DNA of 64,000 bases from positions 1,046,324-1,110,323 of the forward strand of contig CP180024.1 in NCBI GenBank assembly GCA_047528255.1, given 5' to 3'. This DNA is from Flavobacteriales bacterium Tduv. Its GTDB lineage: Bacteria; Bacteroidota; Bacteroidia; Flavobacteriales; Blattabacteriaceae. The position numbers and the translations under genes are program-made. Positions 18,781 through 28,455 of this stretch are shown here, in pieces (within the stretch, counting starts at the first letter, position 1; every line of letters begins with the position of its first letter). The notes under the pieces were generated by a model, which worked only from the letters and a program-made list of their open reading frames with translations, was not told the DNA's origin and made no database searches.

Positions 18781-21255
18781 GTGAATTATTCGTTGGATCA
18801 AATAGCTGGAATCATAGGAGCTGTAAATGTACATGCAGACTTGCAGAATCACTTTATTTCTCAATTGGAGTTGGACTCCAGAAGTGTACATCTGTCGGAA
18901 GAAAGTCTTTTCTTTGCTTTGAAGACTCCAAGAAACGACGGCCATCGTTACATCGAAGATGTTTATTATCATGGCGTTTGTTCTTTTGTCGTATCCGAAT
19001 CGTGGCTGCCCAATCGGGATTATTCCGGAGCCGTATTTCTTGCTGTGAAAGAGCCTTTAGACGCTTTGCATGCATTAGTTTCGTATCATAGACGTCTTTT
19101 TGATCTAAAATGTGTCACAATTACCGGAAGCAACGGGAAGACCATCGTAAAAGAATGGCTGAATTATGCTTTGGAGAGGGCATATGTTACGGTTAGGAGC
19201 CCCAAAAGTTATAATTCACGAATTGGTGTGCCTTTGTCCCTTTGGAAGATCCGTCCCGAGCATCAGTTGGGGATATTCGAGGCGGAGACTTCTCAACCTG
19301 GAGAAATGGAGCGTTTACGGGATTTCATCGGTCCACATATCGGTATTTTGACCAATGTCAGCAGTGCTTATTCGAAAAATTTTCCTTCGAGACAAGCCCA
19401 TATTTCCGAGAAATTGAAACTTTTTTTCGGCTGTCGACATTTGATTTGTCCTGCAGATGATTCTGATTTGTGCGCAATGATTAATGATACGCCTGAGCTA
19501 GCTGCTGTGGAAAAGCACTATTGGGGGCGTTCTGAGGGGGCTGATTTGCAAGCGAAACGGATCGATTTGACGGATCAAGGTGCTGATATAGAAGCTTTTT
19601 ATCGTGGAAAGCTGAGGCGGGTGCGTATTTCTTTTTCTGATGAGGCGGCTGTTGAAAATGCTTTGACCGTTTGGTTAACCTTGCTTGTTTTGGAGTGTAG
19701 TAATGAGATGATCATAGAGCGTTTGGCTGAGCTTCCAGTGGTGGAGATGCGCCTGGAAATGGTCAAGGGCTTAAATAATTGTTTGATCATAAATAATAGT
19801 TATAACTCCGATCTTCATTTGATAAAAATAGCGTTGGATTTCCTAGCTCGTCAGAAATTTTCCAAAAAGACTTTGATCCTTTCGGATGTTTTGCAGACTT
19901 TTCCCGGGGAAGCGGAAAAGTATAAGTGTATCGCTGCTTGGGCTACTGCTTCGGGTGTGGATAGGGTGATCGGTGTGGGAGAGGAGATTTCCGATTATGG
20001 CTTTTTTTTTGAGATGCCGTTTCATTCTTTTTTAAAAACTGAGGAACTGATCGCTCAAATTAAAAGATTTAGGTTCCGTGATGAGGCTATTCTTTTAATG
20101 GGGTCTCGACTTTTTAACTTTGAGCGAATTTTGGAGCATTTGGAAAAACGTTTTCATCAGACCGTCTATGAGATTGATTTGAAAGCGTTGGTTTACAATC
20201 TAAATTATTTTCGTTCTCATCTTAAATCTCAAACCAAGATGATGGTAATGGTCAAATCTTTTTCCTACGGTGGAGGAAGTTATGAAATTGCCAATACACT
20301 GCAACATTATAGGGTTGATTATCTCGGTGTGGCGTATGTAGATGAGGGTGTGGCCTTGCGAAATGAAAGCGTGAGTTTGCCTATTTTGGTGATGAACCCT
20401 GACCGGAGGAGTTTTGCTACGATGCTTAAACATCGTCTTGAGCCTGAGATGTATAGTTTTCGTCTCTTGGATGAGTTGCTCAATGAGTTGAAAAGGCAAG
20501 CTTTTTCCGATCCGTATCCTATTCATATCAAAATTGATACAGGTATGCATCGCCTAGGGTTTTTGGAATCTGAAGTCGTACGTCTAGGACATTTTTTGCA
20601 ACAAAATAAAAGGCTTGTTGTTAAATCTGTTTTTTCTCATTTGGCTGCAAGCGAAGATCGGAACGAGAGGGGTTTTACACTTTCTCAGATCAACGCTTTT
20701 GATCGAAGCTATGCTTCCTTGATTCCCTTTTTGAGATATCGTCCGATGCGTCATATCTTAAATTCTTCCGGTATCGTTTACTTCCCTCAAGCTCAATATG
20801 ATATGGTGCGGTTGGGCTTGGGCCTATATGGTTTTTTTTTCGATGAAACCATACAGAAAGAGCTTAAGGTAGTGGGAGTACTCAAAACATCTATTTCTCA
20901 GATCAAGACTTTACTTTCGAGTGAAACTGTTGGATACGGTCGAAGATTTGAGGCCAAGCCGTATACGCGTATAGCGACCCTTCCTATAGGTTATGCTGAC
21001 GGTATAGATCGGAGACTGGGCTGCGGTAAAGGATATGTGATGATCGGAGCTCATAGGGCTCCTATCATCGGAGCGATATGTATGGATATGCTTATGGTGG
21101 ATGTCACCGAGATTGATTGTAGCGAGGGCGATCAAGTGATTGTGTTGGGGGAAAAGCCTACGGCTAGTGAAGTGGCTGAGCTTTCCGAAACGATTTCTCA
21201 CGAGGTGCTTACATCGATCTCATCTCGGGTCAAACGGGTGTATTTTGAAGAATAG
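18781..21255 (+). CDS. murF/alr: bifunctional UDP-N-acetylmuramoyl-tripeptide--D-alanyl-D-alanine ligase / alanine racemase
   Basis: 824-aa ORF from GTG. The N-terminal half is a Mur ligase (TGSNGKT P-loop). The C-terminal half is a PLP alanine racemase (MVMVKSFSYGGG.., ..GYADG..). This fusion is typical of Bacteroidota. Confidence 0.9.
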   Translation: MNYSLDQIAGIIGAVNVHADLQNHFISQLELDSRSVHLSEESLFFALKTPRNDGHRYIEDVYYHGVCSFVVSESWLPNRDYSGAVFLAVKEPLDALHALVSYHRRLFDLKCVTITGSNGKTIVKEWLNYALERAYVTVRSPKSYNSRIGVPLSLWKIRPEHQLGIFEAETSQPGEMERLRDFIGPHIGILTNVSSAYSKNFPSRQAHISEKLKLFFGCRHLICPADDSDLCAMINDTPELAAVEKHYWGRSEGADLQAKRIDLTDQGADIEAFYRGKLRRVRISFSDEAAVENALTVWLTLLVLECSNEMIIERLAELPVVEMRLEMVKGLNNCLIINNSYNSDLHLIKIALDFLARQKFSKKTLILSDVLQTFPGEAEKYKCIAAWATASGVDRVIGVGEEISDYGFFFEMPFHSFLKTEELIAQIKRFRFRDEAILLMGSRLFNFERILEHLEKRFHQTVYEIDLKALVYNLNYFRSHLKSQTKMMVMVKSFSYGGGSYEIANTLQHYRVDYLGVAYVDEGVALRNESVSLPILVMNPDRRSFATMLKHRLEPEMYSFRLLDELLNELKRQAFSDPYPIHIKIDTGMHRLGFLESEVVRLGHFLQQNKRLVVKSVFSHLAASEDRNERGFTLSQINAFDRSYASLIPFLRYRPMRHILNSSGIVYFPQAQYDMVRLGLGLYGFFFDETIQKELKVVGVLKTSISQIKTLLSSETVGYGRRFEAKPYTRIATLPIGYADGIDRRLGCGKGYVMIGAHRAPIIGAICMDMLMVDVTEIDCSEGDQVIVLGEKPTASEVAELSETISHEVLTSISSRVKRVYFEE

Positions 21256-21460
21256 ATCATGAATATAAGGTTTAAAACTAGACAGAGATTATTTATTTTA
21301 ATGTTCATCTTTTTTTATTTGCATATTTTTGAGTTTCGACTCAAAAGAACGATGGTGCACAAAACACCTCGCTACTTAGATTGTTTTTTTTTTAGTGGAA
21401 GTCGAGTCAGAGATTATGCCTATATCAGTGTGTTTAAAGTTCTCGAAAAAAAAAGAGTCG

Positions 21461-21608
21461 ATATATTATTGTATTAAAGAAAATCACCTTTATTAAACCT
21501 ATCTAGATAGACTTCGTTGAAGAACGATGGAGCTTTATTCTTTTATATCATATTCGGAATATTATTGATTATAAAATAATTAATTATATCTATTCTTATG
21601 AATAGTTC
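21461..21608 (-). mobile_element. IS5-family IS, 3'-terminal fragment (E2); probably the detached end of copy I
   Basis: ATATATTATTGTATTAAAGAAAATCACCTTTATTAAACCTATCTAGATAGACTTCGTTGAAG.. aligns to the IRR end and tail of the element. It is cut at 21608/21609 by the start of copy H. Confidence 0.7.
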
Positions 21609-22872
21609 GATAGCTTTTCATGGGAGAAGGGTATTAAAATATTTGTAAATCAATATATTGTTTCGTCTATTTGGAGTAGAAAATAAAAAATTCAGCTCTA
21701 TGCTCAGAAGAACTGCACAAATAAGCTTTAGTGAACTATATATGGACGTTCTAGCAGAAGGAGTAATTTTTCAAAAGGTTAAACACCAGTGATCCACTGG
21801 AAAGGGATGGAAAAAGAAATAAGAAAAATATATCAAAAACGCCAGGGTATAAAAGACCAACCTACTTACAGTGAAATATTGTTATTTAATATGATGTTTT
21901 TGAGTCATTGGTGTGATCTGAATGATGTAGGAACAGAAGAATTGGTGAAAAAATCCTTGAAAAGCATGTGCTTTTGTGGTTTTCGATTGTACGATCAGAT
22001 CTTAGATCATATGATTATCTGCATATTTAGAAATTAAATAGTGGTCAAAAAGACATATAAGCCTTACTGAAAAAGATAAATAAGGAATTAGAAAAGCATC
22101 AGGAGATAGTTAAAACAGGGGTGATAGTAAATCAGTATTACTGTTATTCCATTTGCTCCCAAGGTATATTCTACCTACGTAATGGAGAATCGGAAAGAAG
22201 AGGGCCAAAAGCAAATCAGTCAAAGAAAAGCAAGGGTAAAAAAAGAGACTCAATCAGGAGTAGACACTAAAGGAAAATGGCTCAAAAAATCCGGTAAAAT
22301 CTACTAAGGATAAGAGAAGAACATAGTGAAATAAACATGGAATGATACTAGCAGTACATAGCGTAGCCGACAATGAGCATGATAGTAGAGGGCTAAATCC
22401 ATTAATAAGAAAACTTGGATATAAAGCCAGAGAAGTATATGTCGACAAAGTTTACAAGTTCCAGCTAATGTGTTTTGCTTTCATAGTCGAGGCATAAAAT
22501 ACCGTATACAGAAGAAAGCCTATATGAACCATCTTTTAAGTAGGGATAGCTATATTATTCAATAAATTAGTTAGTAAAAACAATGGCTAGTAAAACGTAC
22601 TTTTGGCAGTATAAATCGTTGGTTTGGATCAGGAAAGGCTCGTTACAAAGGATTAGCGCGTGTGCATACCCAGCCTCTTATGGAGGCTCTATGGCCATAA
22701 TTTGTATAGTACCCCTGGCATCATTATACGTTGTTCATAGAAATAGATATTTTTAATTAGTTTATAATCAATAATATTTCGAATACAATATGAAAACCTA
22801 ATCTACATCTTCTCCAACGAAACTCATCTAGGATGTTGAATAACCATAATTAACCATTAACACAATGGTCTC
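21609..22872 (+). mobile_element. IS5-family IS, copy H, near full length, degraded
   Basis: Starts GATAGCTTTTCATGGGAGAAGGG (decayed IRL) and ends ..ACCATTAACACAATGGTCTC at 22872. ORF 21789..22037 carries ..KEIRKIYQKRQGIKDQPTYSEILLFNMMFLSHWCDLNDVGTEELVKKSL... Confidence 0.85.
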
Positions 22873-23912
22873 AATCCTTTCCTGATCCAAACTAAGACTT
22901 TATACTGCCAAAAGTACGTTCTACTCCCCATCGGTTTTACTCACTAATTTATTGAATAATATAGCTATACTACTTAAGGGCCGAGTCCTAATGAGCTTTT
23001 TTCTGTATACGTATTTTATGCCTCGACTATGAAAGTAAAACACATTAGCTCGCACTTGGTAACTTTCGTCTGTATATACTTCTCTGGGTTTATATCCTAG
23101 TTTACTTATTGAATGGTTTTAGCCTCTACTATCATACTCATTGTCGGCTACCGATGTACTGCTAGTATCATTCCATGTTTATCCCCCCCCTATGTGCCTT
23201 GTATCCGTAGTAGAGTTTACCTAATTTTTTGAACCATTTTCCTTGAGTGTCTACTCCTGATTGGCCTCTTTTTTTACCCTTGCTTTTCTTTGACTGATTT
23301 GCTTTTTCCCTTCTTCCTTCCGATCCTCCACTACGTAGGTAGGATCTCCCTTGGGAGCCAAAAGGAATAACTGTAATACTGGACTATACTATCACGCCTG
23401 TTTTAACTATCTCCTGATGCTTTTCTAATTACTTATTGATCTTTTTCAGTAAGCTCTCATATGCCTTTTTGGCTACTATTTAATTTCGAAATATGCAGAG
23501 AATCATCAGATTTTAAGATCTGATTGTATAATCGAAAACCACAAAAGCGCATGCAGCTCAAGTAATCTTTTACCAATTTTTACGTTTTTACATCACTCAG
23601 ATCACACCAATGACTCAAAAGCATCATCTTAAATAACGATATTCCACTGTAAGCAGGTTGTACTTTTATTCCCTGGCCTTTTTGATATATTTTTCTTATT
23701 TCTTTTTCCATCCCTTACCAGGGGATCAAGGTGTTTAACCTTTTGAAAAAATCACTCCTTTTAGTAGAAGGTTTTATATATATTTCACTAAATCTTATTT
23801 ATACGGTGCTTCTGAGCATAGAAGCCGAATTTCTTTATTTTATACTCTAAATATAAGAAACAATATATTGGGTTACAAATATTTTAACCTCTGTCTCCCA
23901 CGCAACGTTCTT
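22873..23912 (-). mobile_element. IS5-family IS, copy I, lacks its 3' end (see 21461-21608), degraded
   Basis: Begins mid-element (AATCCTTTCCTGATCCAAAC..) right after copy H and runs to the decayed left end ..CCCACGCAACGTTCTT at about 23912. Confidence 0.8.
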
Positions 23913-24373
23913 ACTTAGGATATACCCCAGATAAGTATATGCGACAATGGTTACCAAGTGCCAGCTAACGTGTCTTGACTTTCATAGTCGAGGCATTAAA
24001 GGCTTTATACAGAAGAAAGCCTATAGGAACCGTCCCTTAAGTAAGATAGCTATCTTATTCAACAAATTAGTGAGTAAAACCCGATGGGTAGTAGAACGTA
24101 TTTTTGCTAGTATAAAGCGTTAATTTGGATCAGGAAATACTTATTACAAAGGATTAGCTTGTGTGCATGCCCAGCCCTTATGGTGGGATATGTCGCATAA
24201 TTTGTATCGTGTTCCTGGTATTATTATGTGATATTCATAAAACGTATATAATTAATTAATTTATAATCAATAATTTTCGATTATAATATAAAAAATAAAT
24301 TTACATTTTTTCTAATGATCCCATCTAGGAGGCTGAATAAACGTAATCCACCATTAACACAATAGTATTGCTC
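23913..24373 (+). mobile_element. IS5-family IS, copy J, 3' fragment (~460 bp)
   Basis: Starts at ..CTTAGGATATACCCCAGATAAGTATATGCGACAATGGTTACCAAGTGCCAGC.. and ends ..CCACCATTAACACAATAGTATTGCTC. Confidence 0.8.
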
Positions 24374-24511
24374 CATGTATAATTCACTAAAGCTTAGTTG
24401 TGCGGTGCTTCTGAGCATAAATCCGATTTTTTTTATTTTCTACTCTAGAGTATAGGAAACAATATATTTATATAAAAATATTTTAACATCTTTCTCTCAT
24501 GAAAGGTTTTC
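24374..24511 (-). mobile_element. IS5-family IS, copy K, 5'-terminal fragment (~140 bp)
   Basis: This is the reverse complement of the IRL-proximal leader (..GCTTTAGTGAATTATACATGG.. through ..CTCATGAAAGGTTTTC). Confidence 0.7.
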
Positions 24512-24604
24512 TTAACGTTTTCTCCACTTTAATACAATGGTCTTCAAAGTTCATTGAAAATGTTCCGAGTAAAAAATTTACCTTGGCCCGACATGACCGA
24601 AAAG

Positions 24605-25333
24605 ATGACTTTACGAGGAGAAAATCTCGTCAAACTGTACAAAAAAAAATATGTCGTAAAGGGTGTATCCATAGATGTCAACCAAAGCGAGATTGTCGGT
24701 TTGCTCGGTCCGAACGGAGCGGGAAAAACCACTACCTTCTATATGATTGTTGGTTTGATTCGGCCTAATGAAGGGAAAGTTTTTCTCAATCAAGAAGACA
24801 TCACCCGAGATCCGATGTATCGAAGAGCACAAAAAGGGTTAGGGTATCTCTCCCAAGAGGCATCGGTATTCAGAAAACTTTCAGTGCAAGACAACATCAT
24901 GGGTGTGCTTGAAATGACCCGACTTTCTCTTGCCGAACGGAGGGAAAAAACGGAGCAACTCATTGAAGAGTTTCATTTGCAACACGTGCGCAAAAATCGT
25001 GGAGATCTTCTCTCTGGGGGTGAGCGTCGACGCACCGAGATCGCGCGGTGTTTAGCGGTAAATCCGAAATTTATTCTGCTCGACGAACCCTTTGCTGGAG
25101 TGGACCCCATTGCTGTGGAAGACATTCAAAAGATCGTCGCTTCGCTCAAGAAAAAAAACATTGGTATTCTTATCACTGATCACAACGTACAGGAAACCTT
25201 GTCCATCACTGACCGTACTTATTTGATGTTTGAAGGGGGCATCCTAAAGCACGGTACGGCGCAAGAATTGGCCGATGATCTTATCGTTCGCAAGGTCTAT
25301 CTCGGCGAAAAATTCATTTTGAGAAATGTATAA
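24605..25333 (+). CDS. lptB: LPS export ABC transporter ATP-binding protein
   Basis: Walker [10 protein letters not shown], signature LSGGERRR and Walker [12 protein letters not shown]. The ORF track starts at 24554, but [12 protein letters not shown] at 24605 fits LptB N-termini better. Confidence 0.9.
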   Translation: MTLRGENLVKLYKKKYVVKGVSIDVNQSEIVGLLGPNGAGKTTTFYMIVGLIRPNEGKVFLNQEDITRDPMYRRAQKGLGYLSQEASVFRKLSVQDNIMGVLEMTRLSLAERREKTEQLIEEFHLQHVRKNRGDLLSGGERRRTEIARCLAVNPKFILLDEPFAGVDPIAVEDIQKIVASLKKKNIGILITDHNVQETLSITDRTYLMFEGGILKHGTAQELADDLIVRKVYLGEKFILRNV

Positions 25334-25335
25334 TA

Positions 25336-25896
25336 TCCGATATTTATGCCAAGACCGGAGATAATGGCAGAACTGTCCTCTATGGAAGTAGACGCGTGTC
25401 CAAAAATAATTTGCACGTCGAAGCTTATAGAAAGCTTGACCATCTGAACGCTTGGGTCGATACTTTTGAGAGACCAAGACCATCTGAGAGGAACAAAAAG
25501 CAGCGTTGGTTGAAATCCAAAATCGTCTTTTTTTGTTGGAGTCTTAGTTGTCTACGATTCCCGATAAATTTTTGATTACCAACGGTAGACCCTCCTTCCG
25601 ATAATGATCGACGAGAAGGCGGTAGATTTTTCAGAGATTGGGATTGATAGGATACAGAAACATTGCCTCCATTAAAGCATTTTATCTTGCCGAGCAATCA
25701 TCCGATCGTCTCGTATGCCCCCAGATTAGTCGGACGATTTTCCGTGGCGTTGGATCAGGTTAAATCTCTCAGGTATTTCGTTCTGAAACATCTCAACCTT
25801 TTGTCCGAATATCTGTTTATCTTGGCCCGAAAGCTGGGCTTTTATATTAATTATACCGAGCAAAAATGGAACATCGATACACGGGATCCAAAGTAG
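25336..25896 (+). pseudogene. PduO-type ATP:cob(I)alamin adenosyltransferase, pseudogene
   Basis: Fragments lie in shifting frames: IYAKTGDNGRTVLYGSRRVSKNNLHVEAYRKLDHLNAW.., then ALVEIQNRLFLLES*LSTIP.., then LPPLKHFILPSNHPIVSYAPRL..LSEYLFILARKL. There is no in-frame start codon, and at least two frameshifts and internal stops are present. Confidence 0.75.
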
Positions 25897-26489
25897 CTCT
25901 CTTTATAAATGGAGAACCTCCTATAGTTTTTCCTAAGCTCGTAGCCTATAAAAAAATATTCGCTACTGACGGGGCGTACCATTATCTGAAAATGTCAGGA
26001 ATCTGTCCTGATGTGATCAGCGGTGATCTCGATTCGTTGGATCATACATCACTGGCTCAGGGTATTACCCTTATCGATACACCGGATCAAAATTTTACGG
26101 ATTTTGAAAAGGCGCTCCGAATTATCTATCAAGACGGAGTTTTTAATGTCGACGTATGGGGGGCGAGCGGCAGAGAGCAGGATCATTTTTTGGGCAATCT
26201 TTCTACCGCTTTAAAATACGGGAAAGAGTTATCATTAATCTTTCATGACAACCACCATACCTACTTTTTTGCTGAGAGGAAAAATAGTCTGTACGGAGTG
26301 AAGGGAAAAATGATCTCACTTTTTCCCTTTCCGTATGCGGAAGGTGTGATCACCAGAGGCTTGAAATACCCTCTCTATGGAGAATCTTTAGAGATCAGTA
26401 GAAGGATTGGAACTCGAAATACGGCTGTTTACGATATTGTGGAAATCACGTTTACCTCCGGATCATTGGTTATTTTCGTTGAGCGTTGA
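25866..26489 (+). CDS. thiamine pyrophosphokinase
   Basis: 207-aa ORF with TPK blocks ..ATDGAY.., SGDLDS and DQNFTDFEKAL, plus a C-terminal thiamin-binding domain. Confidence 0.8.
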   Translation: MEHRYTGSKVALFINGEPPIVFPKLVAYKKIFATDGAYHYLKMSGICPDVISGDLDSLDHTSLAQGITLIDTPDQNFTDFEKALRIIYQDGVFNVDVWGASGREQDHFLGNLSTALKYGKELSLIFHDNHHTYFFAERKNSLYGVKGKMISLFPFPYAEGVITRGLKYPLYGESLEISRRIGTRNTAVYDIVEITFTSGSLVIFVER

Positions 26490-26543
26490 GGGAGAGGAAG
26501 AATCCTTTTTTGATTCCGAATATTAAATACGTGCTATCGTAGG

Positions 26544-27029
26544 CTACTTTCCGTAGCGTTCAAGACACTCTTTATAGACGTTTATAGCTTTTGCGGAGTT
26601 GCCCCAACCTTTGATTTCCACTTTTTTGTTTTCAAGGTCTTTGTAAACGCGGAAAAAGTGTTCTATTTCTTTTTGAGTGTGATGCGGCACTTGGTTAATA
26701 TCATTCCAATGATTGTAGTTGGGGTCGGCTGTGGGAACGCAAAGCACTTTTTCATCTTGTCCATTTTCGTCTGCCATGAAAAAAACGCCTACGGGCTTCA
26801 CTTCCATCAAGCAACCGGGTATGGTGGGGGAGGTAAGGAGCACCAACACGTCGAGGGGATCGCCGTCAAGGGACAAAGTATTAGGGATGTAACCGTAATC
26901 CGCTGGATAAGTCATCGGTGAATAAAGCACGCGATCGAGGCGAATTCTACCTGAATTCTTGTCGTATTCATATTTGTTTCGGCTTCCTCTAGGTATCTCG
27001 ATTAATACATCAAAAATTACATTTTTCAT
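26544..27029 (-). CDS. ppa: inorganic pyrophosphatase (family I)
   Basis: 161-aa ORF with EIPRGSRNKYEYD, DGDPLDVLVL and ..MADENGQDEKVL.. blocks. Confidence 0.95.
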   Translation of the reverse strand: MKNVIFDVLIEIPRGSRNKYEYDKNSGRIRLDRVLYSPMTYPADYGYIPNTLSLDGDPLDVLVLLTSPTIPGCLMEVKPVGVFFMADENGQDEKVLCVPTADPNYNHWNDINQVPHHTQKEIEHFFRVYKDLENKKVEIKGWGNSAKAINVYKECLERYGK

Positions 27030-27081
27030 TCTTCTACTATTTTTTTTATGTCGCTTACGAAGGTAAATTTTTTATAAAAAG

Positions 27082-27114
27082 GAGAAAGTTGCAAGAACAT
27101 TGCGAAAACGTTGC
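27082..27114 (+). repeat. three tandem degenerate 11-nt copies of the IS left terminus
   Basis: GAGAAAGTTGC / AAGAACATTGC / GAAAACGTTGC lie head to tail. The third unit is the actual IRL start of copy L. Confidence 0.7.
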
Positions 27115-28379
27115 ATGGGAGAAGAAGGTTAAAATATTTGTAAATCAATATATTGTTTCGTATATTTACTAGAGTAGAAAATAAAAATTCGGATCTATGC
27201 TCAGAAGCACCGCAGAAATAAGCTTTAGTGAACTATATATGGACGTTCTACTTCTACCAAAAGTAGTAATTTTAAAAAAGGTTAAATAACCTGATCCACT
27301 TGGGAAGGGATGGAGAAGGAAATAAGAAAAATATATCAAAAAGGTCATGGAATAAAAGGCAACCTACTTACAGTGGAATATCGTTATTTGAGATGATGCT
27401 TTTGAGTCACTGGTACAATTTCAGTGATGTAGGAATAGAAGAATTAATCAAAGAAATCTTGGCTGAATGCGCTTTTTTTGTTTTTGATTGGAAGATCAGA
27501 TCCCAGATCATACGATTTTGTGCAAATTTTGCAATGAAATAGTAGACAAAAAGGCATATAAGAGCTTACTGAAAAAGATCAATAAGGATTTAGAAAAGCA
27601 TCAACCTATAGTTAAAACAGGAGTGATAGTAGATGCCACTATTACATTGAGACCCTTACTCTTAAGGGACCTCCTACCTATGTAGTGGAGGATCGGAAAG
27701 AAGAGGGGCAAAAGCAAATCAGTCAAAAAAAGCAAGAGTAAAAAAAGCGACTCAATCAAAAGTAGATACTCAAAAAAATGACTCAATAAATCAAGTAAAC
27801 TCTAATACGGATACAAGAAAAGTACATAGGGGGGATAAAAATGGAATAATACTAGCCGTACATAGCGTACGGCAGTTAATGAGCATGATAATAGAGGGCT
27901 AAATACATTAATAAGCAAACTAGGATATAAATCCAGAGAAGTATATGCAGAAAACGGTTACCAAGCGCCAGCCAATGTCTCTTATTTTCATACTCAAGAT
28001 ATCAAAGATCGTATACATAAGAAAGCCTATAGAAAACGTATCTTAAATGGATATAGCTATATTATTCAACATAATTAGTGATTAAACCCCAATGGGTAGT
28101 AGAACGTACTTTTGGCACTATAAAGCGTTGATTGAATCAAGAAAGGCTCATTACAAAGGATTAGCTCGTCTGCATGTCCGCATTTTATAGGAGGCTATGG
28201 CTCATAATTTGTATTGTTCCCCTGGAATTATTATGAGCTGTTCATAAAAACAGATATAATTAATTAACTTATAACCAATAGCATTTCGAATACAATATGA
28301 AAAATTGAATATACATGGTTCTCCAATGAGCCTATTTAGGAGGCTGAATAAACGTATTTTACCATAAAACAATGGCCTC
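27104..28379 (+). mobile_element. IS5-family IS, copy L, full length (~1276 bp), solo, degraded
   Basis: Starts GAAAACGTTGCATGGGAGAAG and ends ..ACCATAAAACAATGGCCTC. ORFs 27300..27542 and 27488..27685 carry LLSHWYNFSDVGIEELIKE and IPDHTILCKFCNEIVDKKAYKSLLKKINKDLEKHQPIVKTGVIVDATIT in different frames. Confidence 0.9.
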
Positions 28380-28455
28380 AAGGTGAAGTTTTCGTTAAGT
28401 CTACATCAAGAATGTTTAACTAATTTTGACTTTGATTGATCAATTTTACTTCCTA

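Noticed and set aside
21259-21477. The 72-aa ORF just downstream of murF/alr.
   Set aside because: It is low-complexity and Phe/Ile/Leu-rich, has no recognisable motif, and runs into IS fragment E2. This is typical of chance ORFs in AT-rich spacer DNA.
1-21608. A composite-transposon-like architecture. The first three gene islands (purD-guaA, ddl..feoA, recJ..murF/alr) are each bracketed by inverted IS copies with right ends facing inward.
   Set aside because: Across all 12 complete islands the flanking copies are inverted in 6 cases and direct in 6, which is what chance predicts. The cargo is core housekeeping genes, and the flanking copies are dead.
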